Shown here piece after piece: positions 1-11,481 of a DNA stretch of 64,000 nt. The notes beneath the pieces are model-generated. The model was not told the DNA's origin. It did not search any database and saw only the letters and a list, made by a program, of their open reading frames with translations. How positions within the stretch are numbered: position 1 is the first letter of the stretch; each line of letters opens with the position of its first letter. The position numbers and the translations under genes are program-made. The stretch comes from Mantamonas sphyraenae STR306 (Eukaryota > Protista > CRuMs): positions 1 through 64,000 of the forward strand of contig JAPMXV010000062.1 in NCBI GenBank assembly GCA_026936335.1, written 5' to 3'.

Positions 1-38
<38 letters not shown>

Positions 39-156
39 CCCTAACCCTAACCCTAACCCTAACCCTAACCCTAACCCTAACCCTAACCCTAACCCTAACC
101 CTAACCCTAACCCTAACCCTAACCCTAACCCTAACCCTAACCCTAACCCTAACCCT
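1..156 (+). repeat. Telomeric repeat array (CCCTAA)n (TTAGGG type), chromosome end
   Basis: Tandem CCCTAA from base 1 to 156, with one CCCTAAA variant near 14-20. Confidence 0.99.
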
Positions 157-421
157 TTGATCGAGTTTCTCTGTTGTGATGGGTCCGGTCTATGTCGTGT
201 GAGTTGTGCTTGTGACTGCTGGCGCGTGGCTGAGTTGGGTGGTGACATGCGGCAGTGGGCATTGGGTGGGTGTGGGAATGTCGCTGGTGAGTGGTCGTCG
301 TCCTGCAACGCCGCGCAGTCAGCACTGCCCATCCGCCTTCAACCAAAGTATCACCAACACCCACAACACCCTCTACCAGTCCAACACAATTCACATACAC
401 TCCTGTACTACCAGCACCATC

Positions 422-3400
422 ATGGACAAAGACTACTCAAGCACTCCGAAGCAACAACACACACCCAACACCTACCCAGCGTGCGTTCTGCCTCCCACTC
501 CGTTTTTTCTGACTGCCCGCTTCTCCCGCTTCCATGCCTCCTCCATGCCTCCGTCGCTTCCCTGCATTCCTCCCCTGCATCTCCCCTTCCCCATCACCAC
601 CGCTGCTACCTCCTGCGCTCTTCTCCGATCCCCTCTCCCCTGTCACTGCCCTCCCCGTTGCCAGTTTCTCCGTCTGCCAATCTCCTCCGTTTTCCCCTCT
701 CTGCTCGTTCCAGCCTCCCCTCACCCCGCTTCTGCCCTGACGGCATCCATTCCGCCTTCCGCTCACCGTTCCCACCCCACCTTGCCCCTCCCCGTCTCCC
801 CACAGCTACGGGTACATGGTCCCTCCCATGGCTGCCCAGCCGTTTCCGAACATGCTGCCCGTCTCTGGCGTACAAAACCCGTACCAGCACCCACAACCAC
901 CCATCATCTGGGTTCCTGTCAACACCCACTCTCAGCAGCACCACGCATATGCTCATCAGGGCCACCCATACTACGCCTACCCTCCTCAGCCGCCTCCTCA
1001 GCCGCGACAAACCGCCCAGATGCATTTCGCTCAGCCTCCGTTGCACCCTCCGCCTGCTCAACCCACCACAAACCACAACCGCGTCCCCAAACGCGTCAGC
1101 CCTGCCTTTGTCGGCATCACACGGACCACATCCACCACCACATCGTCGTCCTCCTCCCAGCAGGCCACACGGCAGACTGGAGACAGCGACGACAACGACG
1201 CAGACCAACACACACACACACATGACACTGGCGACGTGGAGGACCTGATGTTCCTGAACTTTGGCCACCGTGAACCACGTTCAATCTCCAGCAACTCAGA
1301 GTGGATGACCAGCTCATGGATGGAGGCGTACGAAGAACACGGCGAGGCAAAGGACGCACCCCAGCAGCACGTGGACGACGAGTTGGAAACTCAGGGCCCA
1401 CTCAGCGTTGCAGACACTGTTGATGCCATGGATGAGGAGTACATGCCACACAACGAGAGCGACGACGACACAGACGACATGGAGCAGGAGGAGGAGGACG
1501 AATGGCAGCCGAGGCGCACAGGTAAAGGCCGCGCACAACGACGCAGAGACCACATCGACCGTCGTACTGGTCCACAAAAGATGAACGGTAGCGGACAGCG
1601 CAGGCGCAGGGTCACGGCTGGCAGTGGCACCGAGACAGGAACGTCGAGCACACGGGCAAGGAGATCCAAGAACGGAGACACCGGCGCACGGAAGACAGCA
1701 AGCGAAGACAAGACGAACAAGTTGCCAGATGGTGTTGTGCGCAAAGGGTGGTCGATGAACTGGCGCAAGAGCGAGCGCATGCACAGCAACAAAAAGGAGC
1801 ACACGGCACTGCTGAACCACATGCACAACCTGGCCAACGAACATCCCATTGACGACATCCCTGACCTCACGAACCTGCAGGCGCGTGTTGTGGTCTGCCA
1901 TGGCACCCTGAAAACGCTGATCCGACAGATTCAGCTCGCTCTGGGCAACATTCCCCTCTCCCAGGGCGACATGGCATTCTGCCTCACCCTTCTGGGCCGT
2001 GATATGGATCGACTGGTTTGCTGCGCCACTATCCCCCAAGCTGGTCTGGCCATGGGTGTGACAAAGGCTGGGTTGAAGGTGTGCTGGCTGGAGGAACCAC
2101 ACGACCACGGCGACCCCAACTACGCCCTCCTCCACCTGCTCATGACAGAGATGGACACACTTGGTGACAGGCCCCATCCCACCAGCTGGAAGGAGCACCA
2201 GCAGACCCAGCTGTTGCTGCAGGAAGAACGACGCCCTGCTGACAACGGCAGCAACCCACACTGGACACAATGCGACTACGACCACCACCTCACCACCACC
2301 AATGAGGAAAAGTGGCATCCTGAGTCTGTGCTCAGTGGCTGGAGCAAGGGTACTTCCAGCGACGAGCGTGGCAGCTGCACGGCGCGGGAGTTCCAGACGC
2401 TGCTGGCACACATGAAGACACGCGCTGCCAAGTACCCTCGCCATCAGCACGCACACGAGCACCAGGCACTGCGTGCGCTGATCAACAACGGCGACATGAA
2501 GTCCCTGGTGCGACATATCATCCTGGCGCTGGGCAACGTTAGCGTGCCGCCTGTCGACCTGGCCTTCTTTGTCCGCCTCCTCAGACCACGTCACACCTAT
2601 ACACAGGTTCAAGTTGCCATCAGCGACACTCTCACCCGCGGCGTCACCTCCCTCTCCCTGAAGATCGCCTGGCTTGACAATCCCAAACCCAGCGACGCCA
2701 CACTGCACACCCTCCTCCACACCCTCATCGACCGCATCACACCCCACATCACCACCCGACCCACCACCACACACGCCGTAAACGCCCTCCGGATCCATAA
2801 GCTTGTTCTGCCCAAGCCCACAGAGGAAGAGGAGATGATGGTCGTGGAGGATGGACTGCCAGATGGCGTTGTGCGCAGTGGCTGGTCAACATGGCGCAAG
2901 AGCGAGCGCAGCCACAGCAACAGGAAGGAGCACACGGCACTGCTGAAGCACATGCACACCCTGGCCAACGAGCATCCCATCGACGACATCCCCGACCTCA
3001 TCACCCTGCAGGCGCGTGTCGTGGTCTGCCATGGCACCCTGCGCACGCTCGTCCGACAGATTCAGCTCGCTCTGGGCAATATTCCCATCTCCCAGGGCGA
3101 CATGGCCTTCTGTATCACCCTTCTCGGCCGTGACATGGATCAAAAGGCGTGTAGAAATGCCATCCAAGACACTGGTCTGGCCACGGGTGTGACAAAGGCT
3201 GGGTTGAAGGTGTGCTGGCTGGAGGAGCCACACGACCACGGCGACCCCAACTACGCCCTCCTCCACCTGCTTATGACAGAGATGGACACTCTCGGTGACA
3301 GATCCCATCCCACCACCTGGAAGGAGCACGAGCAGACCCAGCTGTTGCTGCAGAAAGCACGACGCCCTGCTGACAACGACAGCGACCCACACTGGACACA

Positions 3401-4019
3401 ATGCGACTACGACCACCACCTCACCACTACCAAGGTGGACAAGTGGCATCCTGAGTCTGTGCGCAGTGGCTGGAACAGTGCCAATCACGACGAGCGTGGC
3501 AGCTGCACGGCGCGGGAGTTCCAGACGCTGCTGGCACACATGAAGGCACGTGCAGCCAAGTACCCTCGCCATCAGTGCGCACACGAGCACCAGGCACTGC
3601 GTGAGCTGATCAACAACGGCAGCAAGATGTCCCTGCTGCGACACATCATCCTGGCGCTGGGCAACGTTGGCGTGCCGCCTGTCGACCTGGCCTTCTTTGT
3701 CCGCCTCCTCAGGCCACATCTCACCTACCAGCAGGTGGTTGGTGCCATCACCAATACCCTCACCCGCGGCGTCACCACCCTCTCCCTCAAGATCGCCTGG
3801 CTCGACAACCCCAAACCCAGCGACGCCACACTGCACACCCTCCTCCACACCCTCATCGACCGCATCACACCCCACATCACCACCCGACCCACCACCGTCG
3901 CACTCGTCAACGCCTACCCCATCCCCTCCTTCACCCTGCCCAAGCGCAAAGACCCTTCCTCCTCCTCCTCCTCCTCCTCCTCCTCCACCACCTCCTCCAA
4001 ACGCCAGCGCCTCGAATGA
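422..4019 (+). CDS. Unknown subtelomeric protein with internal ABAB repeat modules and a C-terminal NLS-like tail; intron 481-805
   Basis: ATG at 422 (MDKDYSS...). GTGCGT...CACAG intron 481-805 splices in phase into the 1067-aa ORF (GC|C TAC GGG TAC ATG at 816). Ends KRKDP...SKRQRLE*. Confidence 0.8.
1722..3950 (+). repeat. Intragenic tandem duplication, about 1.1 kb x2 (1722-~2820 and 2856-~3950)
   Basis: Both units begin LPDGVVR.GWS and end ...TLIDRITPHITTRPTT; long stretches of DNA are near-identical. Confidence 0.95.
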
Positions 4020-4095
4020 ACCCATTCATTTCGCACCCCTCCCCACCCAAGCATCTTTCACCCTCCGTATTCCACATCCACCTGAGGCTTTCCAT

Positions 4096-4557
4096 TCAAA
4101 CCAAATGCTTCACAAATGTCACCTTGTCGTCCCCCACACCCCAGTACTCACGAATCACCGCCTCTTTCTCATACCCACACTCCTCGTACAACCGCCTCGC
4201 TCCTTCATACTCCACCCCTGACGATGTGTCCACCACCACCATCCTGCCCTTCACCTCCCCCTTCACATACGCCTCCACCTCCCTGATCAACGCCGAAGCA
4301 GCCCCTCTCCTCCTGTGGCTCTCCCTGACTCCCAACGCCCGCATGTTCCACACACCATCCGTCATCGCCTCTGTCTGTGCATAGCATACAGCCACCACCT
4401 CACCACCCTCTCCATCCGTCCCAACCATCCACAAATGGTTTTCTGAGTCACCCTGTAGAAACGGATGCATCATGTCCCCCAGCATCTCTGCAGGAAACAG
4501 CACCCCGTCTACGATACCACCCACTGCCTCCATATCCTCCTCCCTTGCCATGCGCAC
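4096..4557 (-). CDS. GNAT-family N-acetyltransferase, bacterial type (5' end uncertain)
   Basis: Motif A LGVRESHRRRGAASAL, then VDTSS, ARRLYEECGY and IREYWGVGDDKVTF. No intron across the domain. Confidence 0.85.
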   Translation of the reverse strand: MRMAREEDMEAVGGIVDGVLFPAEMLGDMMHPFLQGDSENHLWMVGTDGEGGEVVAVCYAQTEAMTDGVWNMRALGVRESHRRRGAASALIREVEAYVKGEVKGRMVVVDTSSGVEYEGARRLYEECGYEKEAVIREYWGVGDDKVTFVKHLV

Positions 4558-4844
4558 CTCTTGTCCCTATCCACCACGTGTCAGCCTCCTTTCCGCAACC
4601 CTCCCCGCGCTTTCCCAGAATCTTGATCTGACGAATTCCCTCCTTCCACCCACCCCCCGCCCCCTTCCAGACCAGCACCATACACCCATACACCCACACC
4701 CATCCCAGTCTCTCCCATCCTCTTACCGCTCCGAAAATGTCTACAGACATCCTTCTCTCTCACTCTCTGCCAATCGCAAAACTTGCCTCCCACATCGCTT
4801 TGGCCATGTTGTCAACACGAATCCACATGCGCACCAAACTGCCA

Positions 4845-5010
4845 CTCTCCTCCACACTCTCATCGACCGCATCACACCCCACATCACCACCCGACCCACC
4901 ACCGTCGCACTCGTCAACGCCTACCCCATCCCCTCCCTCACCCTGCCCAAGCGCAAAGACCCTTCCTCCTCCTCCTCCTCCTCCAAACGCCACCGCCTCG
5001 AATGAACCAC
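4845..5010 (+). pseudogene. Duplicated 3' fragment of the subtelomeric gene (copy of about 3838-4024)
   Basis: Encodes LLHTLIDRITPHITTRPTTVALVNAYPIPSLTLPKRKDPSSSSSSSKRHRLE*, near-identical to the end of the 422-4019 gene, with a shorter poly-Ser tract. Confidence 0.85.
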
Positions 5011-5022
5011 CCCTTCATTCCA

Positions 5023-8000
5023 TCAACCCAAGTCGTGCAATAACCCACCCAACTCCCCACTCACACGCCCACTCACATCACACACCACACACCGCAACAA
5101 CTCCGCCTTGTCCTCCGCCGTCGCCATCTGCCGATGATCTCCCAACACAGCACGCACCACATCCCGCGCCATCGCCAGCTTCTGTTCCAGATCCCAAACA
5201 CGCAACTGCCGTACGCCCATCTTGCACACATCCTCGTCCACCTCCAACGCACTCTTCGCCAGCTCCACCACTGCCGTCGCCGCTGCCACTTTTTCCTTCA
5301 GCGCCTCCTCCAGCTCCAGGACCTTGCTGTTGCTCGGCTGAGCCCTCCCGTTGCCCATTCCAAACACGCTCTGGCCCGTTTCGTCCATTAGCTCCAACGG
5401 ATCTCGCCCGTCAATCAGCGCCAGCTTCATCCGTTGCCGCGACGCCAGCCGCTGCGCCGCCTTTGTCTTGCTCACGTCGCTCACGTCAAAGTTGTCGTTT
5501 GTCGCGTACGTCTCTGCATCTGGCATTTGCGTCAGGTCCAGCGGCTGCCCCGATGCTGCCCGCTCGCGCACGTGCATCTCAAACTCCATCAGATGACGCA
5601 CGTAGTGGCACTTGAAGACGTAGTTTACGTCCTGTCGCATGTTGTGGAACCCAAGGTATTGGTGCACTGGCGCCCACACCCCCGGGTCTCGCAGCACCAT
5701 GTCCCCTCCACCTGCTGCCTGCAACGTGTAGAACAGTTCGTACAGGTCGACCTCGGTCCCATTGAACACAGGCATTTTCTCGATCGCCTGTCCCGTGCTG
5801 CGCTGAAACCGGTACAGGTGCTGGAAAAAGTGGTACTTGAGCTTGTTGTGCCCGCAGATGTTGTTCACGTACAGCAGGTTTGTCTTTTCCTGCTTCGACA
5901 GTTCTCCACGTGGGTCGCACAGCTTCGGCGTCCACCGTGTTTTCAACTGCTCCACGTGCTCTCGCATCTGCTTCGTCAGCCTGTACTTGCGTCGCACGTA
6001 GTACCCGTACCGCACACGCAGGCCCGCGTCTTCGCGCACCTCGTACACCGTTCCAGGGTCCTCCTCCTCCTTCACAGGCTCGTCATCTTCATCCTCCTCG
6101 TCCGCACCCATTCCTCCTTCGATATCCATCCGGCTTCCGTCACCCAGCGATTGTACAAGCGCGACCTGTTCGTTCGGCGCCGTCAAACCGGCCACAAGCC
6201 TCGCTGTCGCCGTCCCTTCGTCCTCCTCCTCGTCGTCGTCATCATCATCCACATCATCGTCATCATTGTCGTCCTCCCCGCCCACTCCTTCAATCTCCTC
6301 TCGCTCCTTGTTCCGCGCAAGCACTGCCGTTTCGTCCGCGATCACTGCCTCCACTGCCTCGTCTGCCACTCCAAACGTGGTCACAAATCCGCTCGACATC
6401 CCCATCCCACGTGCAACCGCGTACCGCACAAGCATGCGTCGAATCAAACGCGTCATCACCCCGACGATCCCCTGTTGCTGAGACACCGCACGCGATCCAT
6501 CCTTGCCCATTTCGGCCACCGTGTGCAGCACCTTGAGCGCCCACAACTGCAGCTTCCACTCGCAGTCCATCTGCGCAACCACAACCACACGCGTAAGGAA
6601 GCTTTGCATCTTCAGCCACGTCGGCAGCATGCTCATCCCCAAGTCCTCCCCTGCAAACAGCAGCACACGAAGCACAGACCGGTTGTTCCGCGACCCGAGC
6701 AGCCCAGCAAGCGTTTCCAGCGCTCCCACACTCATCCTGCGCTCGCTTTCGCTCAGCACACTCTCCAGCTGCAGCGCCTCTGTGCTTCGCTCATCCACCA
6801 GAACACGCCGCGGCACAATGCTCTCCAGCATCAGCGGCAACACGTTGACCACGTCAAACCCGATCCCGTTGCTTCGCTTCAGATCCACCCGGTACGCCAC
6901 ATTTGCAAGGATCTCCATCGCCATAAGCTGCAGCTCCAACTCTTCCGCGTACGCCAGCCGCGCAAGCGCGTCCATCAGGCCCGCGTGGTTGCCCAGCTCC
7001 TCGTGCCAGCTCACGTCGTACGACAGGTTGCACAGTATGTTCAGGCTACGCAGTACACGCGACCGTCGCTCCCGTCCTCCCTGCACGTCCGCCCCGCTCC
7101 ACGACACAAACCCTTCCACAGCCTCTTCGCTCACCTCTTCTTCACTTAGACCCTCCAACTTGCACCCCAGATACTCCTCCGTGTGTGCGTCTCCGCCTCC
7201 TCCGCTCCCACCCAGGCTCATCATCAGGTAGTTCTGCGCCTCGCGCACAAGCACCTCCACGTTCTCCTCGCTCCCGCCAACCAGCGACGGCACGTGCACG
7301 TCCTGCAGAAACTCGTCCACTGTCGGAAACACAAGCGAGTCTACAAGATCGCTGTTGCTCTTCAACACCTGCCCCTTGTCCGCGCTCACAAGCACAAGCG
7401 TTTCCAGCGCCCAGTCCACCTCGCGCTCCACCCCGCTGCGCAGACTCAGCACCACTCGTTTCATGTCCACGTCGTTCGTGTTCACCTTGTCCACGCTCGG
7501 CACAAGCGACGCTGCATTGAACAGCCCTCCCGTACGCTGTCGCTTTGCGCTCTGGCTCGGCATGAAGAAAAGGCCCGTGTACGCCTCCGGATCCAGGCTC
7601 TGCATGTGTGTGTGCTCAAATGTACGCCGCTCCAGGTCTTCAATCTCCCTCCTCGACGATCCGTACACGTTGCGCAGCTTCTTCTTGCCCGACTCGACAG
7701 GGTACACGCCGTACGGCATGTCGTCCACCGCCTCCTCGTCTCCCACAACCTCCTCCTCCTTCCGCTTCCGATCCCTCCGCTGCTCCCGCCGTCCCTTTTT
7801 GCCCTTCTTCCGTCCACCGCCTCCACCCTTCTCCGACCCCTTCTTGCCCGACTTTTTCCGCGCAGCATGGATCGGCCGCAGCGCATCGCTGTACGGCTGA
7901 AACTCGGGATGCTTGTGTTCCTCATACTTTTGCAGAAACTTGATGTAGTTCATCCTTAGCGCATACCCTGCGTTTGTGCACGATGCAGGCAGCTCCAGCG

Positions 8001-8475
8001 CCTTGGCCACAACGGCCCACTTCTTGTGTTGCACAACCTGCCAAAATTTTTCCCGCCACCTCACACGTGTCAGCGCGCCCTCCAACGCCGCTTCCGATTG
8101 CCCCACCCGCTCCTTCTCACCCCCCCCCTCCACCGCGTTTCCCCCTCCCTCCATACACTACCACCCATTCACACATCCTACGCACCCCTCACGCCTTGCC
8201 AACACGTCGTCCACCACGACCATTTCCCTCTCTCCTGATCAACTCCCTACGCCCGCGCCTCCAGCCTCATACACCCTCCCTCCACCACGTGCACCTACCC
8301 GTGTCATGCCACCCAACGCCACCACAGTCCGATACGTCGTGAACAGGTCCAACATCTTCCCACCCAGCGTCGGAAACTTGGCAATCTTCTTCTTCAATTT
8401 CTTTTCATGGAACCGGCTCAGATCCGCCTCAAACAGCTCCCGCTTCTTGCGTTCACTCATACCCGAGCTGCTCAT
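5023..8475 (-). CDS. ARID2/BAF200/Rsc9-like chromatin-remodelling subunit with two ARID domains; intron 8038-8298
   Basis: N-terminal ARID (PTLGGKMLDLFTTYRTVVALGG|VVQHKKWAVVAKAL...LRMNYIKFL) split by a GTAGGT...CAG intron. Then VVLSLRSGVEREVDWAL, ARM-like helices, and a second ARID (PVFNGTEVDLYELFYTL...GGG...W...FKCHYVRHL). Start is 8475 or 8460. Confidence 0.85.
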
Positions 8476-9473
8476 TGCCTTTGATCTTTATCCACTTTGC
8501 CTGCGTCCGCCTGCGCCCCTCGCCCCACACGCGCCTCCTCCACCACGCCCACCAGCACTTTGTTCACAACTTCAGCGTGCTCCACAATCATCATGTGCCC
8601 TCCATGCACCTGCACCTGCTCCGCCCCGAGGTGTGCTGCCAGAAAGTAGCTGTGGTGGGTGTTCACAAGCCGATCGCCGCTCGTCGACAGAACCCGCTTC
8701 GGACAATCCGTCGCCGCCAGCCTCGACAGTCTCTCGTCACTCAAACGATGCGTCGCCACTGCGCAAACTTGGCCCAAAACACCAGCCATCGACGGCGGGC
8801 CGTTTGCCTTCCACAGTGCAAAGTATAGGTCGTACAACCACGACCGATTCGTTTTGCCCACTACATCATCGCTTGAGACGTCCTGCACAGCGTCCAGGAA
8901 CGCCTTGTCGTAGTTCATCCCCAGTTCAATCTGAATCCGCGTCGCCGTCTCGCTCACTCCCCACATCATCAAATCCGGCAGCGTGCTCAACGGCGGCAAC
9001 GTCAGCGGAATCCAGTCCTCGTCAAAGTGGCCGCTATGTGTGTTGATCAACGTCAACGAAGCCAGTTCCAGATCCTCTCTCCCCTCCAGCTTCAGTGCGA
9101 GCTCCTGCGAAATCATTCCACCCATCGAATGCCCCACAACATGCACGCGCTCCCATCCCAGATGCTCCACAAGCTTCAGCGCGTCCTCGGCCAGCTGCTC
9201 CGTCGTGTACCTGCCCCATGGCGCACTCGACCCTCCCCAGCCCCGATTATCAAACACGCACACCTCACACCCTGCGTCCACGAGCGCCTCCACCTGCCAC
9301 ATCCACAATTCGCACGACGTGAGCAGACCCTGCACCAGGAGCACCTTGTCCTCCGCCTCCTCCTCTCCAAACACAGCAAACTTCAGCAGCACGTCCCCGC
9401 TCCACCAACCCCAATCCACACGCATGACCCCGCGCCGTCCTTGCTTCCGTGCACTGCTGTGCGGCGACGACAT
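8472..9473 (-). CDS. Alpha/beta-fold serine hydrolase
   Basis: FDNRGWGGS, nucleophile elbow GHSMGG, GDRLV (Asp) and GGHMM (His). Start is 9473 or 9425. Confidence 0.88.
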   Translation of the reverse strand: MSSPHSSARKQGRRGVMRVDWGWWSGDVLLKFAVFGEEEAEDKVLLVQGLLTSCELWMWQVEALVDAGCEVCVFDNRGWGGSSAPWGRYTTEQLAEDALKLVEHLGWERVHVVGHSMGGMISQELALKLEGREDLELASLTLINTHSGHFDEDWIPLTLPPLSTLPDLMMWGVSETATRIQIELGMNYDKAFLDAVQDVSSDDVVGKTNRSWLYDLYFALWKANGPPSMAGVLGQVCAVATHRLSDERLSRLAATDCPKRVLSTSGDRLVNTHHSYFLAAHLGAEQVQVHGGHMMIVEHAEVVNKVLVGVVEEARVGRGAQADAGKVDKDQRQ

Positions 9474-9534
9474 CTTCCTGTCCCGTCCCGAGTCCTTCGT
9501 CTTGGCCCCAGCCCCGCCATCCCAATCCCACCCC

Positions 9535-11465
9535 ATGACCAGGGAGAGCAAAAAGCGCAAGAATCCGCTCAACAAGAAGAACAAATCGGGGCACCCTGAC
9601 TTTAAGCGCCAGAAGGTCAAGGTCGGCCGCCGCATCGCTCCAAAGGCCGACACCGACACCACCGTGCGCTCCCGCAAGCTCATGATGCCCACCCAGAACG
9701 CAGTCATGGGCAAAAAGGGCAAGGCCGTAACCAAGCGTGCTCTCAACCTCAACGACCTCCTCGCCCAATGCAACCACTACAGCGAGTCGGTCCGCAAAGA
9801 CGCTGTTCTCGGCCTTCGCGAGCTCGTCACCTCCCACCCGCACGTCCTTGAAGGCCACCTTTCCCGCATCATTCTTGCTGCTGTCAAGCGCCTCACAGTA
9901 AGCGTCCACCCCCACCCCACCCCACCCCACCCCTTCTCCAGCCCCCACTGACCCCGAAGTACCAGGACGATGCCAAACTAGTCCGCGACGCCGTCAAGCT
10001 AATGGTCGAGCAGCTTCTCGACCAGGTCTCCCACACGGCAATGGGTCCGTTTCTTCCCACCATGTACCTTTACACCTGCACTGCCCTCACCCACGTCAGT
10101 GAGCGCGTCCGCCTCGACGCTCTGCATTTCGTCAACCTCCTTGTCCACCGCTACCCGGACGTCGCCTCACACTACCTCGACAAGCTACTGCCCAACTACA
10201 CTACCCTTCTCTCCTCCAAACGCGCCACTCTCAGCACCTCCCGCTCAAAGTCGCCTGCCCTCAGCAAAAAGGCTCGCCTCTCCGTCCTCCAGTCTCTTCG
10301 AGCCCTTCTCGAAGCCACCTCTGACCACCCTCTCCACGATGTCCAACCCGACGTTGACCACACCGACCATGTAACCATCTCCTTTGATCCCCACCGCCGC
10401 ACAGACGCCCGCTTCGCTCGCCGACTCCCCACTCAATCCGAAACCAACGACCTCCTCGACCTCGACGTCATCTCCTCCTCTTCCTCCACCTCCTCCACCT
10501 CTTCCACCACCACCTCATCCCTCTCCTCCTCCAACCCCCTCCTCCCGTTTGCTCTCGACGCAATCCCCCTCCTCGTCGAACTGTGGCTGGAGATCGACGA
10601 GGATGACGGCGACCTCCTCGACACCCTTGTCCACAACCTGTATTTATTGGTCGGCATCTGCACACATGCAGACACAGATCTCGGCCGTGGCCTCGACCTC
10701 TTTGCCGCCCATCTCGTCGCCGACTTTCCTTACTCCGTCAAGGACAATGCCATCGACCGGCGCGTCGCTCGCAAAGTCGACGCCTACATCGCCGCCACCA
10801 TGGCCCTGCTCCTGCGTGACGACTGGCTCCCGCTCCTCACTGAATATGTCGTCCACGAGCTCGACCTCTTTGCCGAACAAGAAGAAGACGACCTGTCCTA
10901 CGACAGCGAGCGCCTCGTTGTACACGTCGCCGTCGCCATTCTCGACCACTGTACAGACACTGACGACTCGAACGAGTTTTTCCGCGAGGCTATCCTCGAC
11001 GCCCTCCTCCGCCTCGAAGCCTCGGCACACACGCGCTCCAGACGCAAGGCTCTCTGCATCGACACTCTCGCAGAACTCATGCACTGGCCAGACATTGGTG
11101 TGCGCGAGCCCTGGATCCACCTGTTTGGCCGCCTCCTCTGGGAACTCAAGGATTCTCAGCCTCACCGTTCCGCCCTCATTCTCCGTGCCCTCCTCGACCT
11201 CGTCCGCCGTCCTGCAGGAGCCGACGTCCTCCCTGCCATCTCTCGTGCCCTTGTACCCTTCTTCCACGTCTCCGTCTCACGCAACGGCTCCACCCGCAGC
11301 GTCTACGGGCCTTTTGTCGCTCTTCCGCTCTCTGTCCGCAATCTCGCCCTCAATCTCGCCTGGTACCTTGATGATGCCCAATCGTCCTCCTCATCCTCGC
11401 CATCATCATCCCCTCTCAACGACGCCGTCGCTCTCGCCAAGGCCAAGCTCGAAACTGAACTCTGA
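9535..11465 (+). CDS. TEX10: TEX10/Ipi1 rixosome subunit (pre-60S processing); intron 9898-9965
   Basis: DFKRQKVKVGR, LLAQCNHYSESVRKDAVLGL and ALTHVSERVRLDAL. GTAAGC...CAG intron restores frame. Confidence 0.85.
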
Positions 11466-11481
11466 ACCTCCATTGCCTTGA

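Noticed and set aside
422-4019. Telomere-targeted retrotransposon ORF
   Set aside because: No RT, endonuclease or gag zinc-knuckle motifs and no poly(A) tail; the gene has an intron.
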